In this document: positions 36,726-48,707 of the stretch, piece after piece | Numbering within the stretch: position 1 is the stretch's first letter | Layout of the letters: every line of letters starts with the position of its first letter | Assembly: GCA_949358305.1 (NCBI GenBank) | Contig: OX442314.1 | Location: forward strand, 1,798,001 to 1,862,000 | Direction of reading: 5' to 3' | Origin: Strigamia acuminata | Lineage: Eukaryota | Length of the DNA stretch: 64,000 bases | Translations under genes and position numbers: made by a program | The notes under the pieces: generated by a model | Databases searched by the model: none | Seen by the model: only the letters and a program-made list of their open reading frames with translations | What the model was told of the DNA's origin: nothing

Positions 36726-37981
36726 ACTGGTTCCAACCGGTCTCCGCTTGGCGTCTAAAATTAACCTGGAAGTTTGATGTATCGCACTTTTTCGCTCACG
36801 CACGATTAAACGCATTTTTATTTCGTTTGAAAGGTGTCGAAGTTGCTAAACGCTACAAAAATGGTAGCAGACGATTGCTAAAGGTAAATGGAGTCTATAA
36901 ATTTTCTTTTTGAGCAATAATCTAAATTTTTTTTATTCTATATTTTCCTGCATCGAACGTTAGGCCTAACTCGTGGAATTGAATTCGATCTTTGCCCACC
37001 AGAACTCCTTTCGACCGCATTCTTTTTGATCAGGTAAACTTGACACTATTTAAAGATTGTGGCGGAAAGCTGACCCATGGTGATTATATGGATGTAACCC
37101 CCAGAGTGCACTCGATAAACTGTGTGTTGTGGAAACTAAAACAATGTTGTTGGTGGGTGTTTAGCCAACTCAAGTATAAATTTAGTTAATTAAACCAAAG
37201 ATTTTGGTTGTCAATAAAACTATTTCATACAGAATAACATGTTTAGTCATTTTATGCAAATTCCATTTAACACATTTATTTAGTTCAACCAACCAAATTC
37301 ATGCAACAAAATAATTTTGTCTGGTAACTTAGTCGTTGGTTGTCACCTATTTTAATAAAAAATTTGGTTGCAATAAATTTAATAATACGAAATTACGAAT
37401 AGCTGTCACGACAACACGTTTTTTTAGATTGTAAAGATTTGAAATTGTAGGATGCGTTTCACCTGTTCAGAGTATTATTAAAGGACTGCCTAATTTCACA
37501 CACGTTAATTGTTATTTTTAAAATTTCAGAATTATTAGCATACAACTTCAAGCTTATTGCTACTTTACTGGAGAAAAAAATGGAGAGAAAACGCCAGGAT
37601 TATTGTTGCAATCTGTGCGACTATTCGTGTTCATACATTTATCTCATGAACCGGCACATGCTCAAACACACTGGTGAAAAGCCTTTCAAATGTCAAATGT
37701 GTTCACTTTCATTTCGACTTAAAGCAAAGATGACTGTCCACGTGCGAATTCACACCGGAGAAAAACCATTCAAGTGCCATTTGTGTGATTATTGTTCCAG
37801 TCAAAATGGAAATTTAAAAAGTCATCTATTAATCCATTTGGGAGAAAAACCATTCAAGTGTCATTTGTGTGATTATTCTAGCAATCAAAATGGAAATTTA
37901 AAAAGTCATCTATTAACCCATTCAGGAGAAAAACCTTTCAAATGCCATTTGTGTGATTATTCTTGCAATCAAAGTGGGAAT

Positions 37982-40408
37982 TGTGAAAACCAACACGATT
38001 TTATGCGTTTTGATTATTATTGCCACTGTTTATTTGTTTTTCATGTTGATTATTAAATTTTAATTGTTTTTATAATAATGTGAAATTTTGATATATTGCT
38101 GATTTTAATTGCTCATTAATTGATGTGTTGTTAATTTAATTTTGACAAACTATTATTTTATTGTGTTTTATTTGAACCCTTTTGAAATTATATTTGTTTA
38201 GTTAAAAATAGTTGTTTTTTACTTCAAATCACTTATCTTTTCCATTCCAAGAATTCACCTACTTTTAAATGTGTAACCAATTATCTTGCGCTCCCCTTTT
38301 GGAGCGCATCATCTTTTCTCTGTGTGCTTTACTTGTAGCACAGAAATATTAGTCATTTCCTTTTTGTATATTTAATTATCGTTGTTTGAAAGAAAGAATA
38401 AACCAGTCTTGAGGAAGTTTTTGAGTAGAAAAGTCATGCTTCTTTATTTCTCACAAAAATTACATTTCAATTTGAAATAAGCATCCCAGGTAGCATTAAA
38501 TATTGGCGCAACATTGGCCCAATATTTGCTAAAATATTGGGCCAATGTTGGGACACAATATTGGGCCAATGTCGGGATGTAAGAAAACGCCAGATTGGCC
38601 CAATATTGTTTCCCAATATTGGGCCAATAATCGTAACCAATATTGGGCCAATATTTTGAACCAATATTGGGCCAATCTGGCGTTTTCTTACATCCCGACA
38701 TTGGCCCAATATTGTGTGCCAACATTGGGCCAATACTCGTAACCAATATTGGGCCAATATTTTGAACCAATATTGGGCCAATCTGGCGTTTTCTTACATC
38801 CCGACATTGGCCCAATATTGTGTGCCAACATTGGGCCAATACTCATAACCAATATTGGGCCAATCTGGTGTTTTCTTACATCTTGACATTTATTGGACCA
38901 ATATTGGTCTAATATTAAACAGGCCAATCGTGGACCATTATTTCTAATCATTTACAGAAAATATTAAAATTTTCAGTGTTTATTAATGGCAAAAAAAAAC
39001 AGTGAAAACCTTATATAAAATCCAATGAAAATTAATCCCATAAAAAATTTCTTAGAAATTTTATAGAAATCATCAGAAAAGGCCTTGTTAAAACTTTGTA
39101 AAAGTCAAACATTGGAGTATTCATCCACAGCTACAATATAAAAGTAAAGCAAAATCTGCAGAAGGCAGTTATACAAACTCGCATCAATTGCGATGGTGTT
39201 CCAATCATTAGATGAATAATTAAAATAAAAAATTAAAGAATTTGGTACAACTTTTTATTTCATCTGACTCTAGCAATGATAAATTAATTAAGTGTTGAAG
39301 TATAAATGATAAAACCTCCATGCTAAAGAAATATACATTATTTTGGTTGGAATCCAGACATTGTTCCAGACTTTTACAAAATGATCAAAAATGCATTTTT
39401 TGGCATAAAAATTTATGTTCTCAATATTTCAGCCTAATTTTTAGAGACAAGTGTAAAAAACACTGAGGAATTCAAAAATTTGGTCAGTTTTTGATAATTC
39501 CAATTTCTAAGTGACTGTTGCCAGATTGATCCATTATTGGATTTACAATATTGGCCAATTAATGGCAACCAACGTACAGCCAATATTGGCTAACAAACGG
39601 CTAGTTAATATTGGACCAATATCAACAACCAATATTGGGCCAACATTGGCTCAGACATTGCAACCGAATATTGGCTTGCCAATCTTTAGCCAATATTGGG
39701 CCAATATTGTATTCCAAATAATGGCCAATCAATGGCTGCCTACCGACAGCCAATATTGGCTAACAATTGGCTATTTAATATTGGGCCAATATTGCCAGCC
39801 AATATCGGGCCAACATTGGGTCTGGCGTGGAAACCCAATATTGGCTTGCCAATCCTTAGCCAACATTGGGCCAATATTGTATTCCCAATCAATGGCCAAT
39901 CAATGGCTGCCTATCAACAGCCAATATTGGCTAACAATTGGCTAGTTAATATTGGGCCAATATTGCCGGCCAATATCGGGCCAACATTGGGTCTGGCATG
40001 GAAACCCAATATTGGCTTGCCAATCCTTAGCCAACATTGGGCCAATATCGTATTCCCAATATTGGCCAATTAATGGCTGCCTATCGACAGCCAATATTGG
40101 CTAACAATTGGCTGGTTGATATTGGGCCAATGTTGCCAGCCAATATCGGGCCAACATTGGGTCTGGCATGGAAACCCAATATTGGCTTGCCAATCCTTAG
40201 CCAACATTGGGCCAATATCGTATTCCCAATATTGGCCAATATTATGTTCCCAATATTGTACCAATATTGGTTGAAGGTTGGTTATATTGGCCAGCAGAAC
40301 CCCAAGATACCCGATATTGGTCCAATATTGGCCCAATATATAATGCTACCTGGGATTGTTATTCAGGGATTTAATTATTTTATCCGCAATACCTTATTGC
40401 ATTTCAAA
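37982..40408 (+). mobile_element. BEL-like solo LTR (~555 bp) carrying a nested insertion
   Basis: Starts TGTGAAAA like the BEL LTR in sense orientation, has an internal AATAAA and ends tgcatttcaaa. 5-bp TSD GGAAT at 37977-37981 and 40409-40413. Confidence 0.75.
38485..40354. mobile_element. Non-autonomous EnSpm/CMC-like DNA transposon
   Basis: TIR CCCAGGTAGCATTA / TAATGCTACCTGGG with a 2-bp TSD (AT). Both subterminal regions are arrays of the palindrome CCAATATTGG, around an AT-rich core. The superfamily is inferred from the termini. Confidence 0.8.
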
Positions 40409-42196
40409 GGAATTTAAGAAGTCATTTATTAACCCATTCAGGAGAAAAACAATTCAAGTGCCATTTGTGTGATTTTTCTTGCAATCAAAGTGGGAGTTTA
40501 AAAGGTCATCTATTAACCCATACTGGAGAAAAACCTTTCAAATGCCATTTGTGTGATTATTCTTGCAATCAAAATGGATCCTTAAAAAGACATTTATTAA
40601 CCCATACTGGAGAAAAACCATTCAAGTGCCATTTGTGTGATTATTCTTGTAATCAAAGTGCGAAATTAAGAAGACATCTATTAACCCACACTGGAGAAAA
40701 ACCATTCAAATGCCATTTGTGTGATTATTCTTGCAATCAAAATGGGTCCTTAAAAAGACATTTATTAACCCATACTGGAGAAAAACCATTCAAGTGCCAT
40801 TTGTGTGATTATTCTTGTAATCAAAGTGCGAAATTAAGAAGACATCTATTAACCCACACTGGAGAAAAACCATTCAAGTGCCATTTGTGTGATTTTTCTT
40901 GCAATCAAAGTGGGAGTTTAAAAGGTCATCTATTAACCCATACTGGAGAAAAACCTTTCAAATGCCATTTGTGTGATTATTCTTGCAATCAAAATGGGTC
41001 CTTAAAAAGACATTTATTAACCCATACTGGAGAAAAACCATTCAAGTGCCATTTGTGTGATTTTTCTTGCAATCAAAGTGGGAGTTTAAAAGGTCATCTA
41101 TTAACCCATACTGGAGAAAAACCTTTCAAATGCCATTTGTGTGATTATTCTTGCAATCAAAATGGGTCCTTAAAAAGACATTTATTAACCCATACTGGAG
41201 AAAAACCATTCAAGTGCCATTTGTGTGATTATTCTTGTAATCAAAGTGCGAAATTAAGAAGACATCTATTAACCCATACTGGAGAAAAACCTTTCAAATG
41301 CCATTTGTGTGATTATTCTTGCAATCAAAATGGGTCCTTAAAAAGACATTTATTAACCCATACTGGAGAAAAACCATTCAAGTGCCATTTGTGTGATTAT
41401 TCTTGTAATCAAAGTGCGAAATTAAGAAGTCATTTATTAACCCATTCAGGAGAAAAACAATTCAAGTGTCATTTGTGTGCTTATTCTTGCAATCAAAGTG
41501 GGAATTTAAGAAGTCATTTATTAACCCATACTGGAGAAAAACCATTCAAGTGTCACTTGTGTGCTTATTCGTCTAACCAAAATGCTCGTTTGAAAACTCA
41601 TTTAAGAAAGCACAGAAATTAAAAGATTTCGTATCGTTCATTCCATTCATAAAATTTAAGGTGAAAACGGTTGATTTCTGCTTTTATTAGGGCAATTCAA
41701 CTTTTACCCTTTTGAAAAATTTAGAAAAAGTAAATCTGGAGATTCGGATATTTATCTTGCTTAATTTCCAATTTTTGAAACTCAAACAAAACATGCATTG
41801 TATAAGAAATGTTAACATCATCTTTCTGCCATTTTTAAATTGGTGTTTGCCATTTTTTAATTAGCTGTTGGCGTATTTAATTATTTTAGATTAGAATTTG
41901 CCATTTTTCCTTATTTCAATTACATTTTGTTGTGTTTATTCATTTTCAATTACATTTTGTTGTTTTTCTTCATTTTCAATTACATTTTGTTGTTTTTCTT
42001 CATTTTCAATCGAATTTTGTTGTGTTTGTTTATTTTCAATTACATTTTGTTGTGTTTATTCATTTTCAATTACATTTTAAACTTTTCTTTATTTTAAATG
42101 AAATTTAGCCATATTTTTTTATTTTAAATGAAATTTAGTCATTTTTTTTCATTTTAAATAAAATTTTATCCATATTACTTTATTGTAAGTTAAATA

Positions 42197-42493
42197 TTGC
42201 CAGGACGTGCATACTGCATACGACATCAGGCAGAGATGCACATCAGCCTGGGCAAGTACGAGTTCTCATGCCTCGACCCGTACTGCGAGAGCGACTTCCC
42301 GCCCATTGTGCTGCAGAATGTTTTGCCGCCCAACGTGTTCTGCAACGTCGTGCTCAAGATTAAGGAGGGGGCCCGCCGACATTCCGGACCTCGAGTCGTG
42401 TCCACACTGCTCTTTCTGCGCCATCATTCCGGACGCGAACCTCAAGATCTTTCGCTGCCTCAACCCGGAATGTCTCAAAGTGACGTGCAGGTG
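42197..42493 (+). pseudogene. RNF216-like RING1-IBR fragment
   Basis: CIRHQAEMHISLGKYEFSCLDPYCE and ADIPDLESCPHCSFCAIIPDANLKIFRCLNPEC, with a frameshift. Confidence 0.85.
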
Positions 42494-43012
42494 ACAAAAT
42501 CTCCCACAAACTCGTTTGAAGAGCGAGTCTGGGAAAGAAAGCGCATAATTTTACCTTGTACTAACGGTTTGGGCTTTTGATGCTTCTGCATGAGAGCAAC
42601 CACTGCTGTGAACGCCATGGTTGTTGGGTCCTGTGGTCTGGCCAGGTCCGTGATGCGCTTGAAGGTGGCCATTCCCACGCAAGCCAGTAGGAAATTGACC
42701 TTGTCAGCATCGTCCACAGGTTCGTCCACAGGTTCGTCCACCACTTTATTTACCGCAAAAACGCATTTCATTTGTGAAATGTACGTTTCCCAGTTGTCGT
42801 TGTGGTCGTATTTATCCGGAGTACTGACGTAAGGCATGGTGAAACCAAAAAAAAAAAAGTTGAAGGTGAACAAAGAAACTCACGGCGGCGAACTAGGCCT
42901 AAAGGAAGTCCTCAAGGTCAGCGTGGTCAGCAAAGTCCAAAAAATCACGAATTTTGGCACAAAAGTTCGCGAAAAAAAAAAAAAAAAAGTTATCTCATTC
43001 TTGTCGCCATTT
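42494..43012 (-). mobile_element. Truncated Ty3/Gypsy-type gag fragment
   Basis: DNWETYISQMKCVFAVNKV...KVNFLLACVGMATFKRITDLARPQDP, with a PBS-like TGGCGACAAG near 43000-43009. Confidence 0.65.
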
Positions 43013-43879
43013 CTGTGCATACGGTACATCTATATTATTGTGTAATTTTGATCCCATGAATGTATATGAATGTATAAAAACCTTTATTAATATATTCGTG
43101 GTAATTCTTATATTACATATTTCGAATTTACCGCTGATTCGCCTGCACGCCACCTATGGGCAACAAATTTAAAAATTTAAATTTTTTGAATCGTTTGAAT
43201 TACCGAGTGAATTGCTCAAGCAATGACTGGGCACCTAACCGTCGATTGGACAGATATCTACGTCCAACTTGCCCGGATCGACCAGTGCTGCAAATTAATA
43301 AATTATCATCACTTTTAATTAAAACGTCAGAGTAAATTAAATTACCTGTCGTCAACGCGTCCATTACGAGTGAATGGATCCATATTTTTATTCCTGGAAC
43401 TTCCATCAATTGAACCGTTTTTAAAATACGTACATTAAACCACACTTCAGGTCTGAAAGAAATTGGAATTTTAATGAAAACTGCAAAAATTTAATTTTTA
43501 TATGCAAAAATTGATATTTTATCTGCAATTTTTATTTTCAAAAATGCAATTTCACAAGTAAAACTCCAATTTTTATCAGCAAAACCGCAATTTTTATCTG
43601 CAAAAACGCAATTTGTATATGCAAATACGCAATTTTTATATGCAAAAATACAATTGTTATATGCATAAACGCAATTTTTATATGCAAAGGTGCAATTTCA
43701 CGAGCAAAACTGCAATTATTATGTGCTAAACTATAATTTTTATGTGCTAAACTGCAATTTTTATGTGCAAAAATCCAATTTTTATATGCAAAATGCAAAT
43801 TGCATAGGCAAACTGCTATTTTAGTTGGCAAAAAAATTTATAAGAACAAAATTGCATCATAAACTGCAAAATTCCATCA

Positions 43880-45240
43880 ATTCTTCATTACTTTTTGAGA
43901 AAAGAAATAGTTGCTTTTGTCACGTGCGGAAAACTAGAATCCATATTCAAGTTGAGAATCAAACTCAATTTCCCATTAATGTTTAATTCCTCGAGGGCGA
44001 TGTCCAAATCCATTCCAACTCTTAAAAACCAAAATTAAAAAATAAAATTAAAATTATTTCCAGCCATTCGAATCAAATATAAATTTCCCCAAAATAACTC
44101 CATACTCTTTTCCACCCAATCGCGAGTAAAGCAACATCCGAAAATCCGGACACTGCAATCCCACGTCCAATTCCAGATTCAACTGACATTTCTCGGTTTG
44201 CGTCAAATCAAACCCGGACTTAGCGAAAACAGTCGAGTAAGTCAGCGGCGTTTTCGCTCCCGAACTCACGTCAAACGCCTTAACGGACTTAATAAACGGC
44301 GTCTTACGACCCAAGCTAAATTCCCGAAGTTCGACGCTCTCTAAACAACAACAAAAAAGACAATTTAGAAAAATCCATTCATCCCCACAAACCGACAATT
44401 CGAAAAACAACCAACAAAAGACGGCTTCGACTCATTCAGCAACGGATCCAACGAATCTTTCACGAGTCGAAAAATACTCGGAGAACTGAAAATCCACCTA
44501 AATTAAAAAAAAAAAAAAACATTGAATTAAATTTTATTAAATTTTAGTAATCAAATACCATCGGTTGATGAGGAAATTGAGCCACTCGACGGTTTCGTCG
44601 TTCTGCAAAGCTCTCCGTCGATGTAGTAGCAGTTTCTCGAATGCCACGGACTCATTCAATCGGTGGAAAATACTGAGCAAAACAGCAGCCAAAAAGAGCA
44701 GCAAAAGGACGACCCAAGCGACCGGGAATCCCATTTGACCCAGCAGCCAACTGAGCAGCAAACACAAGCTCACAAGCACGTAGCTGTACGTCAATTCAAT
44801 CCCGCGCTGAAACCGAATCAAAATCTCATCAAACTTCGAATTTCAAAGAAATTTGTCGATCGTTACCAGAATTTTTCGCGCGAGAGCTTCGAAGTTTTCG
44901 TCCGGCTCGGCCGCGCAGATCCCGTCGTCGTTTGCTGCATTCGGCGTGTCGAAATTCGCGTTTCGTTCGTCGTTTGAATTTGGCAAGAGACCCGCACCAA
45001 CTTCGCCCGCTGTCGGAAAAATAAACACAAATTTAAAATAGAAATAACAAACGGCCTCGATGTCGTTTGGAAAATGGATAAAAATTAAAATAAAAACAAT
45101 AAATGGCCTCGATTATCGTCTTTAATTCAATTCAAACAAAATTCGGCGAGTTCGGCTTTAAAAAAATCGTAAATTAAATCGGATTAAAACTTACATCTGA
45201 TTGAAGGCACTTTATCTTTTGTGCATGTGTCTGAGGAGCC
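43880..45240 (-). pseudogene. SMP-domain (extended synaptotagmin/tricalbin-like) gene, 5' part
   Basis: Hydrophobic hairpin, then ETVEWLNFLINRW, VELREFSLGRKTPFIKSV and IALEELNINGKL. In-frame TGA at 44845-44843; no downstream C2 exons seen. Confidence 0.7.
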
Positions 45241-45790
45241 ACGAAATTATAATAAGCCAAAAAGCAATATCAAACACGTAGCGATTTACTCAGCCAAACT
45301 AACTCCAGATACGATTTAGAACCATTTTAAAAATTTTTTAAAAAAATCTAAAATTCTCTTCTCGTCGTTCCCTTGTTTGCAAACGGCATTCAGAGTTCCT
45401 TCCTTGTTTGACGTTATCTATCTGTTCTGATAGTCGAGTTTACCGGCACATAATGTAAGTCAAAGTCGAAATAAGGTAGCTTATCTGTCTATAAATAAAA
45501 ATATTAAAACGGTTGTCACGAAATCCTAATTTGAGTCAGATTTAAATAACAAAATTAATTGCGCGTGGGTCCAGGTCCTTTCAACACGGGCGTTGGGCGG
45601 TGAGAAATCCCTGTTCGTTGGATGACAACAACTGTTTGTAAATTACAAAATCCATTGATTACACGAAGTTAAAGCAATGTAATGTCTCAGGTTTCAACTT
45701 CAAATGGGTGAGGAATACTCACTGAGCATGGTAAAATGGTAAACAATGGAGCCCGAATCGGTCAGTTTAAAGATGGATGGCGCTTTTTAA

Positions 45791-46266
45791 CCTTCCCATA
45801 GCCAAGCCCACAGATTAGGGAAAAACCCCTAGCCTGGCTAGCTGTGGTCGGTCAAATCGGCCTTCTTTTAAAATGCTTCTGCGCATGTGCAGAATCTTAT
45901 TTCTCCTGGTGCAATCGCATTTTTTCTGGTTTGACATGTGCTGAGGCCAGAAAAAATGTGATTGCGCCTGGAAAATTAAGATTGTGCACATGCGCAGAAT
46001 CGTTTCAATACACCGCCTAGTGCTAAAAAGTGGCAAAACAGTGTACGGCGCTCACGTAATGGTGTTTTATGTTGTAAAAATTATCATTATCATTAGTTTA
46101 ACTTATTCCTAATCGAAATAATATTAGAACTTTGTTATTATAAATTTAGAAAAAATATTTTTGGAGGAATTAAAGCTGGTCCCCTAAATTAATTTTCAGA
46201 AAAAAAAGAGTTTTCGTTATTTTACTACTTTTGTTATTTTTCTGACCCACCATGGCTATGGGAAGG
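45791..46266. mobile_element. MITE-like element
   Basis: Perfect 14-bp TIR CCTTCCCATAGCCA / TGGCTATGGGAAGG; TTAA on the left flank only. Confidence 0.55.
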
Positions 46267-47140
46267 AACAAGATGGAGGATTATTCAGTGTTGAATTGGC
46301 TTCCCTGCATGCACTGTCAGTGTTTTTATAAAGGTAGTGTAGCCCACAAGTCACCTTTGATCACATGATTGACAAGCCATGCCAACTGTGATCAGAGGTA
46401 GCCTCAGAGTCATAACGATCAGATAATGGTCGCGTGATCAAGGACCGGGATTTGTTGCACTGGTTCGCCTTCCCGCAAAAGCTTGTGTATAAGCGGTAAA
46501 ATGACAGCGATTTAAGATATCAGCTGAATTTGAATTTTGCGCCACAAATTACCAACTCGCATGCACAAACACTTGTTTTGACCAGCCGACTGCTAATGCC
46601 CACTGGTGAGAGTTTGAAGCTTTTACTTGAAGCGCTCTTTCTTAAAGGAGTAGAAAATTTCCACGTAGAATATCTGATTAAATAAATAATGGACCACTAT
46701 AAATTTCACTTGAGATATACTTCATTATCACATAAAAAAAACTCACAAATTTGCAGGAAAAAAAAATCAATCGGGACAAAATTTTCCGATTCAAGAAAAT
46801 GGTTGTCCCTAGACAGACCAGAGGACACTTGCGTTGAAATGCGATTGACATTTGGATCCGCTATTTCACCTTGAATCAAGTCTCACCTTCCGTTCTGGAA
46901 ACGCTTGTAGTCGGCTATCGGCTCGCGACACACCGTGCTCCTTGATGATGCGCAACCATTCGAGCAACAAGAACGAGATGCGCCATAGAGAAAACAAATC
47001 AATTTTAAAACAGAAAGTTTCTAATCAGTTTTTGTTTTATTTAACATATGTTTCCATTGTTTATTTTAATATTGCAAACATTTTTATTTTCATGCAGGAG
47101 CCCGAGGTTTGCAAAATTTTGGCCCTTTCCTCACTGGCTA

Positions 47141-47360
47141 TCAGCATTTGCATGTACTGCTGTCGAGACAAGTACCTCCCCCACCTCTTAATCTGCATTT
47201 TTCTTTGCATTTATCAGCTTCACAGGCTGCCATAGCCGTCATTGCTAATCAAATCAAAACATGTCAATGGCAACTAATGAATTCATTATTTTTGTGCAAA
47301 ATATAACTTACTCATGCACGACAGAATTACGAGGAGCAAGATGGTTGCTAAATATTTCAT
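47141..47360 (-). CDS. Secreted CS-alpha/beta (defensin/short-toxin-like) peptide 2, 50 aa
   Basis: Exons 47360-47312 and 47244-47141 with a 67-nt phase-1 GT-AG intron. Translation: MKYLATILLLVILSCMTMTAMA-ACEADKCKEKCRLRGGGGTCLDSSTCKC*. TATA upstream and AATAAA downstream. Confidence 0.85.
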
Positions 47361-47453
47361 TTTCGACGAATGAAATAAGTTGGAGAAAAAAGTTAACTAG
47401 TGGCTTGTGGAAGATCTTGTTTGCAGGATGTGACAGCCGTAGTTGCGATTAGG

Positions 47454-47461
47454 TTTATATA
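47454..47461 (-). promoter_or_regulatory. TATA box of peptide gene 2
   Basis: TATATAAA ~95 nt upstream of the ATG, at the same relative position as in peptide gene 3. Confidence 0.6.
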
Positions 47462-48383
47462 GATGGTGATTAATTTAATGGCCATGTATGGAGTTTAATT
47501 GTTTCGATTCAATTGATTTCATGAGAGACAATAAATTTTAACATTTTAGTTAGGTTAAAATAATTTGATTGCTGAATAACAATAAGAGGAATGCAATTAA
47601 ACTATATATTTCACACGGGGCAAGGTTATTTTTAAATTGCGAGTTAATTCTAATTAATAATTTATATAATTTATCAATTTATTCTCTCTTCTCTTAAGCC
47701 CAACACTATTGACATTAAAAAAAATTTTTAGCATCCAAACCGGGTCTTTTTTTTTCCTTAAAATTTGGTTTTATAACAGAAAAATGGACTTTTTTAAATT
47801 TAAAATCAGATGTTTTTGCTTACAAGTGAGTTTTAAATTGAGTTATAAGGGCTCAAAATTTAGTTTTTTGAGCTAAAAGTGAGTCATTTGACCAAAATGT
47901 TTCGTTGTTTCGATGTTACATTCCAAAGTCTGCCAGATACGCAAATTCCAATTGGGGGAATCGATTTTTTAGGTTATTTTATGTCTAATCAGCACGTTTT
48001 TGGCACTTTTTCAATTTTGGCCATTTTTCTAAGGTTAGCCTTTGACTTGTGTCTCCTTTAGGAAATTGCAATTTTATTAAAAAATTTTAGTACTAAAGAT
48101 TTGAGGAGTAGTCATTATTAGACTAAATGTTGCTCTACAAGTTTACAATTGGAAATTTCTGTCTATCTCTAACGGTTTCCAAGATAATTTTCCAATGACA
48201 TTGATTGAACATCCCAAGGTCAAATTTTGGGTCACCAAAAAATTGCCCCACCCAACTATAATACTTTACCATCATTGGATTAGATGCATTGTCAGCCACC
48301 TGTATAGAAATGACCATATATGGAGTTTAATTGTTCTATTCAATTGATTTCATGAGAGACAATAAATTTTAACATTTTAATTA

Positions 48384-48574
48384 GGGGCCATCCATAAATT
48401 CCTGAACCCCCACCCCCTAATTACTGAAATCCCGCCCCCAAATTTTCCAAAAATTGTATAAAAAATGATTATACTTTGATTATTTAAAATTAAATTTTTT
48501 TTTTACATGGGATGTAACAAAATTTGAAACCGCCCCTCCCCCCTTGTTGCGTTACGTAATTTATGGACGGCGCC
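48384..48574. mobile_element. PIF/Harbinger-type MITE
   Basis: TIR GGGGCCATCCATAAATT / AATTTATGGACGGCGCC, flanked by TTA on both sides. Confidence 0.65.
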
Positions 48575-48707
48575 TTAATTAAATTGTTCAAAAAGGATTA
48601 AAATTGATTTAAATCAAAATGTCTTTTCTAGCAATTTTCCCATTCATTTATTTAGTATTTTTTACTTTGTTTACAAAACTATTATTATTTTATTTTTGTT
48701 TAAATTT

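Larger units (their letters stand above)
37580..41622 (+). pseudogene. C2H2 zinc-finger array gene (19 fingers, 536 aa when repaired), interrupted in finger 5
   Basis: 37580-37981 and 40414-41622 join in frame (CNQSGN|LRSHLLTHSGEK). TGEKPFKCHLC linkers and 84-bp near-identical repeats. Confidence 0.9.

Noticed and set aside
37105..37432. Possible MITE upstream of the zinc-finger exon
   Set aside because: The terminal inverted similarity is too degenerate and there is no clear TSD.
37974..40409. Splicing out of the insertion to restore the zinc-finger ORF
   Set aside because: The nearby GT donors joined to the AG at 40408-40409 give immediate stops.
38444..40417. ORFs rich in NIGP/QYW, and a CRISPR-like look
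   Set aside because: Translations of palindromic subterminal repeats; there are no unique spacers or cas genes, and the context is eukaryotic.
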